This document shows positions 26,509-38,646 of a DNA stretch of 64,000 bases, piece after piece (the first letter of the stretch is position 1; each line of letters starts with the position of its first letter). Below the pieces are notes generated by a model. The model was not told where the DNA came from, searched no databases, and saw only the letters and a list, made by a program, of their open reading frames with translations. Source of the stretch: the human T2T-CHM13v2.0 reference genome, Homo sapiens; assembly GCF_009914755.1 (NCBI RefSeq), contig NC_060927.1; one strand, given 5' to 3'. The position numbers and the translations under genes were made by a program.

Positions 26509-29500
26509 TAAGGTCATTTATTCCCCTTCCGTTTTGTGTACAGCTAGGCACAAGCACTGCACTTCACATTCTTACCTGTTTGAATCAATCCAACTTCCTG
26601 AGGAAAGCTCTGCCTCTCAGTCTGGCCATGAGTTCCTGCTGTGGGCTGGCTCCAGGCCAGCCTTTGGCAGTGACGCCAGAGTGGCCAGACTTCTGTGGAA
26701 TTCGGCATCCCAGGATGCTCTGGGTGACTGGAAACAGATCCCATGGTAGCCAAGCCCCACAGGGAATAGGCCCGGAGCCCCTAGTAGACAGCAGGCTTGT
26801 AGGTGGAGCCAGGGTGTCTCAGCCTGGCAAGGGACAGTCCTTGGGAATTCTCCTCCCCGCCTCCCGTAGCCCCTGAGAAGTCTTCCATACACAATCTCAG
26901 TGGAGCCGGGGCCAAGAGAAGCTTCCTAGGCGCCATCAAGGGTGGCCAAAGCATATTCCCAGGCTGCAGCCCAAAGGACTGCCTCCGGGAGCTCTTCCTC
27001 TCAAGCCTGGAAAAGGGCACTTCTGGGCTTAGTTCATCCGTGGGTGTCTTACATGTATATTCCTATGGCTGAGGAAAGACAAGGCCAGCCTACATGGTGT
27101 GATCACCCCTGTGAGCTCATCCTGTGTCTGGAGTTCTACCATTAAAGCTTAATCTATGGGATTTAAAACGTTTTCTTGGAATCATAGTTTCACTGGATTG
27201 GAAGGAACCTTAGCATTCATCCAGTCAATCTCATGTTTAAAAAAGGAATATTATCTATGATGTCTTTGTCAGGTCATTCACTACCCACTATGTGAACACA
27301 TACGTCTACCTCCCAAAACAGCCTATCTCACTATTTTTACAAAAGAAAGTTCTACTTGTAGGTGAAAGTCTGCCCAGAGCTTTTGTGCCCACTGGCCCTG
27401 GTTCTGCTCTTATGCCACATAGTCTTCTGTAACCCTCTCTGGGAATACCAATTCTCTGGGAGGAGAACATCGTAAGCTGCTCTTGGCCAACATTTGAGAT
27501 GATGCATTGGGACCCTTCAGTGGTACTGGGCATGAGGCCCTGGGGGAGAGACCAGCGAGAGCCAGTCCGGTAGCTTCACAAACTGGGACTTTTTCTGTCC
27601 TTCACCTAAGTATCTGTCTCTGACCATGAGAGGCTGTGGTGTTGAAGGCATGGGCCAGACTAGAGAATGAACAGTAGAGGATCAGGCCTGGACTGAGCAG
27701 CTGTTTATGACATAAAGGAGGGAGAAGGCTAGAAAGGGCAAGCCCAGCCATGCTGAAGCAACCAGGAGTGCTGATGATACCTCATACGGTACTGTGAGGT
27801 ACAGGGAGATAGTGCACAATAGTGCATCCATGTTACTTGGAACACAGTAAGCACGCCATAAATGTCAGCTCTAGGTGATTTAGAGAAGTTAAGAGACACA
27901 ACTAGAAAAAAGGTTTAGGAGGTTAATAGGTAGCCCCAGAGAAGATAGATTGGAAAGAAAAAGATGAAAGAATTAGGAGACTATTCTAGCAAGAAATGAT
28001 AAAGGCCTGACCAAAGTTAGTCCAGGGAAGATGGTGACTCAGATACCAGGAGGGAAAAGTGGAGGAGTCCTGAAGGCTGATGGGATGGAGTGGTTTCCAG
28101 CTGGCTTCCCGGGTATGGGTATTGCAGTGTCAGGCTCAGACTGTGCCTTATGGATCCCAAGAAGGTCCCCAGAGGAAGGGAAAGGAAGTAGTGTTCTCAC
28201 TGTGACTTGTGGGGGTTGAGGGTTATGGTAGAATGGGCACTCTGATGTGGTGGCACTGAGGACATTTCAAAGGCCCCCCTCCCAGCTGCTCTCCCAAATC
28301 CTCTCAGTAGAACAGTTCCGAGTAATGAGGTTAAAAGACTGTGATACTGAGAAGGTAACACTTCCTGGCAGTGGAGCTGAAAACAGGCCATAATGGGCAG
28401 GGAGATAAATGGCCAGAATGGGATGTCCAAGGGAAATGGGGAGCAGGAGGAGAAGCAGCTTTATGTGGGAGTAGGGCTGAGGGGCACATCAAGAGGGGAG
28501 AGGAGCACTGATGGTGAAGCGAGTGCTCACTGAGGACATGCTTGTTTTTAGCCACCGCCTTGCCTTGGAAGCCCCTCATTGACATCACCGTTGGCACACT
28601 TGGCAGACTTTAGGCTTCACAGAACATTTCCCTTGTGCTGAACTCAGACTCCAAACGTTCACTGCCTCTAATACAAGCATTAGACAAACTAAGTCGCACA
28701 GGTCTTTAATCCCGTCAGGGCATAATCAGAATCACGGCTGGGAGAGGGAGCATGGGATCGGAGCCATGCTGTTGGGTTAAGTGTAGTCATGCTGTTTGGG
28801 AGGGAAAAGCAGCCTGGCCTTGAGCGCTGTTACAAACATTAATGTCTTACTCTTTCCCTCTAAGGTAAGGAGGGTTCTGAGAAACAAATGACGACCCCTT
28901 TCTTTAAGTCCCTCCCTTTGGGAGTTCCCAGCCGAGTCCAAAGAGTGGATCTGATCTCCTGAGTCAGGCCTAGAACTGATCCCACTCCGGAGTTAACTCC
29001 AGATGAGAAGTGAGCCAAGCCTAGGCTAGTCACTAGGTCCGGCTGGGCGCAGGCATGCGCACACATACACTCCTCCCCTGCCCTCCTGCTCACCTGCCCC
29101 TAGAGCCACCTATAGTCCAACCCTGTCTCTGGGGTTTGGCGTTGGCCCTCCCTTTCCTTTAGACAGCCAGGCCTGTACGTAGAAGTGGGAGCTGGACTTG
29201 GACAGGCATCAGAAAACCAGAAAAGAAACCAGGTGGTGCTAGAGGACGCAAAGCTTCTAGAAAGAATGAGTCTAAATGGAGGAAAATGAAAAAGGGGTTG
29301 AAGAGGTCTCAGGCATTGTTACCAGAGTGGCTCCAAGCCCCAGACTGCCCACACTGCCCCAACAACACCCGAGGCTGAGGGTCCCCTTTAAAGTGTTTCT
29401 GGAGCAGCAGAAGCCTATGGCCAGATCCCACTGGATCCCACCAGGTCCCACCGGATTCCACTGCGGCCTTGCCATGGAGCCACGTGGTTTCTCTTTGGAA

Positions 29501-29549
29501 TTCAGTGGCTTGGAGTTTTGTTTTTATCTCTTACATTTTTGTCTTCCAG

Positions 29550-29610
29550 AGCGGAACACTTAAGGATCCGGACTCAAGCAAGACCCCACCTCAGCGGCCA
29601 CCCCCTCAAG
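29550..29610 (+). CDS. SYN2: SYN2 exon shared by both isoforms (61 nt as spliced in synapsin IIa)
   Basis: Encodes SGTLKDPDSSKTPPQRPPPQ(G). Strong pyrimidine tract with CCAG acceptor; internal donor AAG|GTTGTT in phase with the 33607 exon. Confidence 0.93.
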
Positions 29611-29678
29611 GTTGTTTACAGTATATTCTCGACTGTAATGGCATTGCAGTAGGGCCAAAACAAGTCCAAGCTTCTTAA
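29550..29678 (+). CDS. SYN2: SYN2 terminal coding exon of synapsin IIb (read-through of the 29610 donor)
   Basis: Continues GCLQYILDCNGIAVGPKQVQAS-stop (TAA 29676-29678), the known IIb C-terminus. Confidence 0.93.
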   Translation, partial: SGTLKDPDSSKTPPQRPPPQGCLQYILDCNGIAVGPKQVQAS

Positions 29679-31970
29679 AATGATTGGTGGTTAATTTTTC
29701 AAAGCAGAAATTTTAAGCCAAAAACAAACGAAAGGAAAGCGGGGAGGGGAAAACAGACCCTCCCACTGGTGCCGTTGCTGCGTTCTTTCAATGCTGACTG
29801 GACTGTGTTTTTCCTATGCAGTGTCAGCTCCTCTGTCTGGTTGTTTACCTGTTCCTGTTCGTGCTTGTAATGCTCACTTATGTTTTCTCTGTATAACTTG
29901 TGATTCCAGGGCTGTTTGTCAACAGTATACAAAAGAATTGTGCCTCTCCCAAGTCCAGTGTGACTTTATCTTCTGGGTGGTTTGATAGTGTTTTTAAAAG
30001 TAATATATAATGTGGGGTGAAATGGGAGTAGGGGGGTGGACAGGGGAGAAACGAAAACCACAAAAAGAAAACCCAACTCCTCTCCTCCCCCCAAGCTCAG
30101 TTAAATCCCCCACCTCCAACTTTCCCTCCACCAGTGTGCTTGGGATCTTCAATGAACTGTGCTTTTCGCTTTCTTTCTGCATGACTATTGTAACTAGATA
30201 GAACATTAAGAGATTTTCAAGATCAAACTTCCATAGCTTCATCCACTGAATTTGAAGGCATCCACCTTTTTCTCCATTTGCTAAAATTTGGTGCAGTTTG
30301 AGTTTATGTGAATAGGCTGGCTGTGCCTGTAGAGCTCTTGTGTTTTTAGTGATGACATGAAATACAAAGAACAAGCTATTTCCAGGAATGTGTTCTGTAT
30401 TTTACATCCCAGTGTACCCTTTATTTTATTATTAACTAATTAACTATGAGATTTTTAAAAAATGGGGCCGCTGATGTGCAATATCAAAGTGAACTTGTGA
30501 GTATTTTGTGTGTGTTGATCTCAGTTGTTTCTTCATTGTTGCTGTTTCTGGATCCAGCCATGTGTGCGCTTGTGTGGACCTGAGGCTGCTTTCTGTTCCC
30601 AAAGCTTGACCTGTGTACAGAGATAATTCCTTGGCAATGTTGGACATAGAATGCAGGGAGCTACTGAAGGTCTGTCAGGGATTTGTCCATTCTGCTCTTG
30701 GCCTCTCCTGAGGCCTCATAATGGGAGACCAAATCAAAAATGTCCCATGTCACTTGAGTGGGTACACTGCCTACAGAACCTTGAGGTTGACTCCTGCTTC
30801 AGTTCTCAGCTGTTTACCACAGCCCTCCAGGGTCCAAAGATTGAGGAGCTTTCTCTTTCCTGGGAGGAACTGTCTCAGATTTAGCTTGTGTGTGTTTTGG
30901 ACAGAGGCTCCACAGCGGTGGCTCTTGAGGAATCCTCACCAGTTTGTTCTCTTCCCTCTGACAAGCAGCACCTGAGCAGATGCTGAGGCAGTTCATTAAA
31001 CCAGGCCTCAGCTTCAGTGCCTCATCTTGCCATCTCCCGGCCAGGCTGGGAACGGGCACCAAGCAGCCGCCTCTAACAAACACCATGGTCCGTGGAAGTT
31101 CATGCCAGCAGCTTGCCTTTGAGAAGAAATGCTGCTGGCTCTATTTTTACATTCCCTTCCACCTCTATACTGTCATGTCACCGTTCTGAACTCCCAGATC
31201 TGAGAAGGAACTAGTGTTGGTGGTATGTAACAAGAGTTACGTATCCAGGGGCTTGTGCCTTGGTTTCTCCTTTGATTGCTGGTAAATTCTGAGGCCACAG
31301 AGAAATGCATTGAGTGTGAATGTTGTCATCTGTAATCCCTCCCTCAGCTGATAATGGTAGTTGATCTGTTGTAAATATATACATATATGCATATTTGCAC
31401 TTCCAGATGGGTTGCATAAGAATCAGGTCCTTAAATACCTCCCAATCTGATGAAACGATAGAATAAAGTAACATTTCCCAGAATGGAGGAATACATTATT
31501 TTATCGTATATTTTTGTCCAAGCGATGAGCTGACGGTGGTATTGCTTCTCTGCATGTTATCAGTGTGTACATCTGGTGCTTTTCATGTGTCATTTGTGAG
31601 CCACAAATGCAAAGTTGCCATTTGAATTCAGTCAGGCTACAGGGTGGTGTCAGTCAAGGTCTTTCAGGTGGGGGAGAAATTGGTTAGGGCTCCCACTGCC
31701 AAATGCAAGCAGATAGCATAACCTGACTGTTATGTGCCCTCAGGCAGCATGCTTAGGGACAACTCTGTGGCCTGGGGGACATCTGTGTCACAGTATAGGA
31801 TTGCCATTCAGGTGTTTTGTACCTATTTCTTTCCTGACGTTGTCCCCTTTTTTTGTACTGATCCAACTGGGAGAACCTCAGCCAATGCTGGAAGTATGAT
31901 TGAAGTACCTCTCTTTTGTGACTCTTGTACAGCTTAATGTGCAATAAAGGAAAAGTTATATCTGTCTTCA
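29679..31970 (+). other. SYN2: Synapsin IIb 3' UTR (about 2.3 kb)
   Basis: U-rich, no recognisable repeats; AATAAA at 31462-31467 and 31943-31948. The 3' end is inferred from the distal signal. Confidence 0.75.
31943..31948 (+). terminator. SYN2: Probable poly(A) signal of synapsin IIb
   Basis: AATAAA with upstream TGTA motifs and downstream GT/T-rich sequence (GTGTTAAGTTGTAACGTTTCT). Confidence 0.7.
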
Positions 31971-33606
31971 GTGTTAAGTTGTAACGTTTCTGGCTATCCA
32001 AGTATCTGCACAAATGGGAAAGCACTCAGGTTTCTGGTGCAAGAGACTGAGCTATTAACCTGTATTACCTTACAGGAGAATGCTAATGCAAATGATGCCA
32101 AACTTTGGAAGTGGCAAAAGCTGGTTAATGTGAAATAATCTGCTAATCTATCATCTTCACTAGTTATTTGATTTGAATTTGGAGCTTCTTAAACCTGCAG
32201 AATTCCATTGATTTATGTATGTGTTTATTTCTCTGTAACTAACTCTGGTATTATTTGGTTAGATGATAAAGGGTATTCTGTGCCCTATAGTGGGGAACTG
32301 AGCGGATAGTCATGGGTGCACAGTGGCATAGACATACAGTTCTGCCTCTCCAGAGGGTGCAGATGTTCTGGTGTTTCTTAAAAACTAAGTGATAATACAA
32401 CTAGCTGGTGCTGAGTTTCTGTAAGTCCACTCCCTCCAGCAGGCCCGTGGATGTGGACTGTGGGATTGAGGCTGAGAGACTGGACCTCCCAGGGCAGTCG
32501 TGCATCATTTCCACTAGTCAGTAGGTGCTAATGGGGATGGCTTTTGATTTCTAAGCGTTGGGACCCTCCTCAGCAAACTCTAGGCAATCTGGTACCACCT
32601 TAATGCCTGTCAACTCCCAGAGGAAGGAGGACCTTTTTCCTCTCCAGGCCACCAGATGGTTTAGTGTTTCATGCTGGGAGGAGGGTGTGCTGTTCCTTTT
32701 TAGGGGGGCTTTCATTTGCCAAATGGCACCCACAACATCCCCAGGGGAGAGTGGGGTTTGGATGTCTTGAGAATTCTACCACACATGGCTGAGAGGTTCA
32801 TCCTGCTAGAACCCCTTGAGGATATTACTGAGAGGCAAAACAGTGCCTAGGAAGAATGGATTTCTCCTGGTTGTGGGCATGAGTTAATGCTAAAATGAAG
32901 CCCTGGTGGGGCATGGTGGGCCTGGCAATCAGACCCACGCAGGCTTGGAGCAGGACCAAGGGCAGCTCCATAAAACAGCATATGTCAGTGACCATCGAGG
33001 TGATCATAAGGTACGGAATACTTTTTGAAGAACTTGCTCAACCCTATTATCTTTGAAACACTACCCCTTAAAAGACAACTAAGACCAGGGCTTACACTTT
33101 TTAAAGTTTTATGTTTGGGAAAACCAAGGCCCAGGGAAGTTTGGTGACTTGCTCAGGGAGTCACTGGTAGACTATTTCTGAGATCCAGTGCTCTCTCCAC
33201 CACACTCTCCTGCATCTGCCATGTGGAACTTGAGACTTCCCAATAAACCCTGGAGCAGGGTGGTCTGTGCCTGAGACACCTCTAGAGAGGAGGGGAGAGG
33301 ACCCTGCATTCTAGGGCCCTCTGTGAGAGAGTGCGCCTCTGACGGGGCCGCTCGTCCCTGGTTCCTCCTTGTCCTGCTGACTGCTGCTGTGGCTGAGTTG
33401 CTCCGTTTCTGAGGAGAAGCACTTAGTGGCTATATACAAGGATAGCTAACCAAGGACCCCCTTTAGGGCCCTTCAGAGACTCCAGCTTCTTGGAATAGAG
33501 CTTATCCTTTGGGTAATTAACTAACCACACCCTTTGAGGCATAAATTCTAATAAGGAAACATTTTTATATGGTTAAATTATGAAGTTTTTCTTGTACTGA
33601 ACCTAG

Positions 33607-33850
33607 GGGGCCCTGGGCAACCCCAAGGAATGCAGCCCCCAGGCAAGGTGCTGCCTCCACGCCGGCTCCCCCCTGGACCATCACTGCCACCTTCCTCCTC
33701 TTCCTCCTCTTCTTCCTCCTCCTCGGCTCCTCAGCGGCCGGGCGGCCCCACCACCCACGGAGATGCACCCTCCAGCAGCAGCTCCCTGGCAGAGGCCCAG
33801 CCACCCCTGGCTGCTCCACCACAGAAGCCCCAGCCTCACCCACAGCTCAA
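33607..33850 (+). CDS. SYN2: SYN2 IIa-specific exon (244 nt), Pro/Ser-rich domain
   Basis: Encodes GPGQPQGMQPPGKVLPPRRLPPGPSLPP-S11-APQRPGGPTTHGDAPSSSSSLAEAQPPLAAPPQKPQPHPQL(N). CTAG acceptor, GTAAG donor; phases fit both neighbours. Confidence 0.94.
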
Positions 33851-34005
33851 GTAAGAGACAACTCAGCAGCTCCTCCCTCCCCTCCTCCTACCCTTCCTGT
33901 GGGCCTTGGGCTCCAGAGCTGCTAGAAATCACCTTCAATCAGGTCTCCTCCTACAGATATTTTGTGATGGGATTTGGTTTTTTTTTGTTAGTTTGTTTTT
34001 GGTTT

Positions 34006-34027
34006 TTGTGTGTGTGTGTGTGTGTGT
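34006..34027 (+). repeat. (TG)n microsatellite
   Basis: About 11 TG units after a T/G-rich stretch. Confidence 0.9.
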
Positions 34028-35762
34028 TTGGTTAAAGGAGTGGTTAGGGTTCACTGGAGAAGGGAGGAAAGAGGGAAGTGAAAGTCTAAAGTTTAGCTAG
34101 AAATTCAACCCCTTCCCTTTCTTCCTGGGAAGTGGCACTACGGCAGAGTCACTGTCCCTTCTCTAGTCTTGTACTAGCTTAAGGTTTTGGTTTGTTTATT
34201 TTAAACCCTGTCTCCCACTCTTTTTTCCATTCCTTTTCTTTGTGTGTGTTTCTTTCTTTGTAAAAAAAAATTTTTTAATCTTTCTGCCTCTGACTCACAG
34301 TTCAGAGTATGCAATCAGTAAGGCTGCCCAGAATGAAAAGAGGGAAGTAGTTAAATCCATTTCAACATTTTACCTTCAGCTCTGTCCAAAGGAGGTCAGT
34401 TTCTGGTGTGGGCAGCAGAGGAGTTCCCAGGCAGAGACGCTGAGGAACTCCATCCTCTTGGGTTCCCCCACACCCAGCAATCAACCCTAGAAGCCCCTCC
34501 ACACTGCCCCACTGCACAGACCCCTGCAAGCAGCAGAGCTGTCTTTGGGAGGGACAGCACCTGGATGTGGACGATGGTCAGTTCTGCCCTCTCTCCCACA
34601 GAGGCCTCTGATTGCTTGTGCAGTGTCCCCAGCAGACTTCTGTCACCACCTTCAGCACAGACAGCCGTAGCCTTAGGGGGATGGTAAGGGGATGGTAGTG
34701 ATACACCCCTGCTTCTCAGAGTGAGGTGACGGGCAACAAATGACTCTTCAGGGAGGGAGAAAAGGGGGCTGGAGAATTCTGGAGTTGAAATGAGCCACTA
34801 GGAGATCATGTAGTCATTGCAGATGAGAAAAACTTTGCTCAAAGAAAAATTTTTTTTTTCTCAAAGCCGAGCTACTCCTCTAATTAGTGGCAGAGCCAAG
34901 GTTGCGGGGCTCAGGTGTCCAGATGGTCACTTTCTCTGGGTCTTCCAGTCCCGTGTGATGGGAGGGGCATCACCCACTCTTGCTCCCCAGCTCGGGCCAG
35001 TGGCACCTCTTGCCTCTTGCCTGCCACATAATGTCCCTTCAGCCCAGCTGTTTCCTGCCTGCTGACTTTTTTTTAATCCCTCCTGCCTTCCCACTAGCCA
35101 ACTCTAGCCCCCGCGTGAGGGCAGATCCTTGGATTGTCACTGCCTCTGGGCTGAAGCTGTTGAATAGAGCCAACCTCTGATGAGAAGCTGGAGGCTCATC
35201 CCCAGTACTCTGCCTGTGCGGGCTGAGGAGTGCCCCCACTCCCAGAGGCCAGCGTGTTGGGTCTCGTTCCCAGCCCTAATGAAAGGCAGGGTGTCTGTTC
35301 ACAGTCACTGCAGGCAGAGAGAGACTGCTCACAGTTCTGTAGAAGGGAGTTTCTCCTGAGCTGCACCCAGCATTTAAGGGAGGGCTGAGAGTCCCAAGAC
35401 ACCAGGAGAAGAGTTCTGGAGCCAGAAAGCAGCAGGAGTGAGTAGGAGTCAAGAAGGAGAAAAGCTGGGCCGCTGGAGAAGCCAGACCTCATGTCCTCTC
35501 CTGGAGTACAGGCTGGGCCTCCCCATGGCCTTGTGCTTCATGGTTTTTCTCTGTGAACCACTAGTCTCTCAAGGGGAGAATAGGCCCCTAAAATGTTGTA
35601 GTTTGGATTTTCTCATTAGAAAACTCCCTAAGAAACTTGTAAAGGCCTGATATATATCTCTTTTGCCACTGGACACCCTGAACCCCATAGACCTCATATT
35701 AGCGCTCTTCTGAGGAGGGTTACAAGGGTGGTTACTACATCCATTTTAAGAACAGGGAAATT

Positions 35763-36060
35763 GCCGGGTGCGGTGGCTCACGCCTCTAATCCCAGCACTT
35801 TAGGAGGCAGAGGCGGACGGATCATGAGGTCAGGAGTTCAGGACCAGCCTGGCCAAGTGAAACCCCATCTCTACTAAAAATACAAAAATTAGCTGGGCAT
35901 GGTGGCAACCATCTGTAGTCCCAGCTACTTGGGAGGCTGAGGCAGTAGAATCGCTTGAACCGGGAGGCGGAGGTTGCAGTGAGCAGAGATCGCACCACTG
36001 CACTCCAGCCTTTGCGACAGAGATTCTGTCTCAAAAAAAACAAAACAAAACAAACAAAAA
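35763..36060 (+). mobile_element. Alu (AluS-like)
   Basis: Alu consensus, (CAAAA)n tail, TSD AGAACAGGGAAATT. Confidence 0.93.
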
Positions 36061-36723
36061 GAGAACAGGGAAATTGAAGTGTTAGAGTTTTGAGCCAAGC
36101 CAATATATTCTTTTGGAATCAGAGAAGAGATCAGAATAGAAAGAGCCAAAAGTGCCTAGAGATCTTCATTTTACCAAACTTGACAGATGAGAACCCAAAG
36201 AGAGGCACGTGGCTTGCCTCCAGTTAGGAGGGAGTGAGTGGCAAAACGAGACTTTGGCCCAGGTCTTCTCATCTGGCTCCACCAGTTGACAGTTGATAGA
36301 GAAGACAATGCCAGCATCACAGGCCCATTGTGACTTCTTTTCATCAGAAAAGTAATGTGAGATTCCTAGGTTAGTTCTTACCAAGTTGGGATCTGTGAAA
36401 TTTAGCCCTTGGGCATTTCAGATTAAATTAAAGAAGCGGCCTTTGAGTCGCCTCTTCCTCCTCTTTCCCTTCTTTATTTTTTTCCTTCTCCCTTGTTCCC
36501 ACACTGTCCCCACCCTTTCTATTCTAGTAGCACCAAAGTTGAGGAAGTAGCGTAGGAGTCTCCCAGGGTCTTGGTAGCATGGCCACTTCTGGCATTATCC
36601 TCCATCACCTTGGTTTCCCAGGGAGGGAGTGGGGGTTCTAGCTGTGTATCCTCACGTCACCGTCCTTCCCTGCCTTGCTGGGAACACCACCCTCTCACAT
36701 TCTCTCTGGTTTTTATCTTCAAG

Positions 36724-36859
36724 CAAGTCGCAGTCCCTGACAAATGCCTTCAGCTTCTCTGAGTCCTCCTTCTTCCGGTCTTCAGCCAATGAGGATGAAG
36801 CCAAAGCGGAGACCATCCGGAGCTTGAGGAAGTCCTTTGCCAGCCTCTTTTCAGATTAG
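36724..36859 (+). CDS. SYN2: SYN2 IIa last coding exon, domain E
   Basis: Encodes (N)KSQSLTNAFSFSESSFFRSSANEDEAKAETIRSLRKSFASLFSD-stop, the conserved synapsin E domain. AAG acceptor ending at 36723. Confidence 0.97.
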
Positions 36860-38265
36860 CTCTTCAGACACACGGGGCACCCAGCCCAACCGGGAAAGGC
36901 ATCTAAGACATTCACCAACAACAGTCAGCCAGCTTGGTGGTGATGTCCCATGACCTTGACGTGTGTGGTCCCTTCCTCTGCTCTGTTGTACTAAGTGATG
37001 TTGTGCAGCCCAGAAAGGACCATTTGACAGTCTCAGGGCAGGTGCCTACCCAGCAAGGGGTACCTGGCATCAGAGAGGAAAGAGCTGCTTCCCTGTAGTC
37101 ATGAGAGCTTCCTTCTGAAGTCATCGTTCGCTGTGAGTTTAGTGGCCTTATTGTGACAGTGCCATCATGTCTTATTCTTCCCTGTGAAACCAGGATTAAT
37201 CGTGGACTCCTGGCAGCTTAACCTAGCTCAGTTGCAGTGCTAAGCATGCCCCGCCCCCATTCAGTGATACCTGTTTGGGAAGTATATACTTCCCCAAAAG
37301 TACTCTTGGCCCTAAGTTTTAGGAACTTTCCCCGACCTGGATCCCTTGTCATACCTGTGTTACTGTTTAAAGCACACCCACCCAACTTACAAGATCTTAG
37401 GCTGCTGTGGTGGTGAAGCACCTTGAGTCTGCTGATATTCGGGAGAACAAGGATCTGCAGTTTCCCCTTTTCTCCCCTCTGAAGAGTGGTTCTTATGTGC
37501 AATCTGCAGTAACCTTGAACTCCAGAGCTGCACTATAGAGGAGAATGCATGCCACTATGACAGCAGTATGCCAAGCTTTGTGTTCATCTCCTAATAAACG
37601 TTAAGACCTTTGGTGTAATAAAAGCAGCAGCATTCACCAACATTTGATTCAGCCATGAGGTCTTGACCCCTTGGCCACCCTTTAGGCTGAGAGAGTGTCC
37701 ATGAGGGGTGTGTGTGTGTGTGTGCTTGAGTGTAGGGAGTGAAAAATCTAGGTGTGTGAAGCTGTTTGTGTCAGTTTGTGTGTGTGACTGCAGGTGTACA
37801 TGTGTTTGCAAGTGTTTGAGAATGTGTCTGTCCTTTACATACCACTTCTGGGCCTCCTCGCACCTCCCCAGTGAATCTGTCTCCTCCAAGACACCTAGCC
37901 TTCCTTCAGCAACTCAGCGTTTCTACCTATATTACGGACTTTGTAACCTTTCAAATAAGCACAGAACCCTTGCTCCCGGAGGAGTCAATTTAGACTCACT
38001 TGCCTGGTCTATCATCAAGCTCCTCAGCTGAGGCCCACATGGTGGTGCCAATGAGGCTGGACCAACCTGCTCTGACAACCAGGCTCCCACAGATCTCAAC
38101 GAAGGCATCCTAAAGAGGCCTGCAATTGAGGGTGGGCTCTGAGGGATTTCACTCTGGCTGCTTCATGACTCCCTGATACTCAAGTATATTTTCCCAAAGA
38201 CCACGGATGCTGTGAAGATAAACACTACATCTGCACCAATAAAAAATCCATATATTAAAATGTTA
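36860..38265 (+). other. SYN2: Synapsin IIa 3' UTR with three candidate poly(A) signals
   Basis: AATAAA at 37593-37598, 37617-37622 and 38238-38243. Which sites are used cannot be read from sequence alone. Confidence 0.7.
37708..37830 (+). repeat. TG-rich low-complexity tract
   Basis: About eight TG units followed by degenerate TG repeats. Confidence 0.85.
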
Positions 38266-38646
38266 ATATCTGAATGTTAATAAGTATCTAGATAATTTCC
38301 TACACATGACACCCATCCTACTAACTCAACAAGATAACCTCCTCCAAATGCCACTATCTTAACTTCTCTTCACGGGCAGTAGATGCTGCAAGGTCAGAGA
38401 ATGAATTTCTCCGAGAACCAGGGTCTCCTTTCTTACTCATTCTCTGTTTTCACAGTTCAAGGATTGAGCACCGTACCCTCTTCTTACACTTAGAAAACAG
38501 GAAGTAGAACCTCCCATTGAGTGACCCCTGGGGGGTGAGAGCCCTCCTCCCACAACACACATAACTAAGGAACAAACCAACCAAACCAATGCGTGGGGTA
38601 CCTGGGCGCAAGGCAATTGACCTTTAGAGTTCCTTCTGTTTCCAGC

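Noticed and set aside
33565-33843. - strand ORF with an NLS-like RRRKKRRKRRK run
   Set aside because: It is the antisense reading of the SYN2 poly-Ser codons; no independent promoter or splice evidence.
36721-36727. Alternative AG 4 nt downstream of the domain E acceptor, and a similar AG 5 nt into TIMP4 exon 4
   Set aside because: Either would frameshift conserved protein sequence; no evidence of use.
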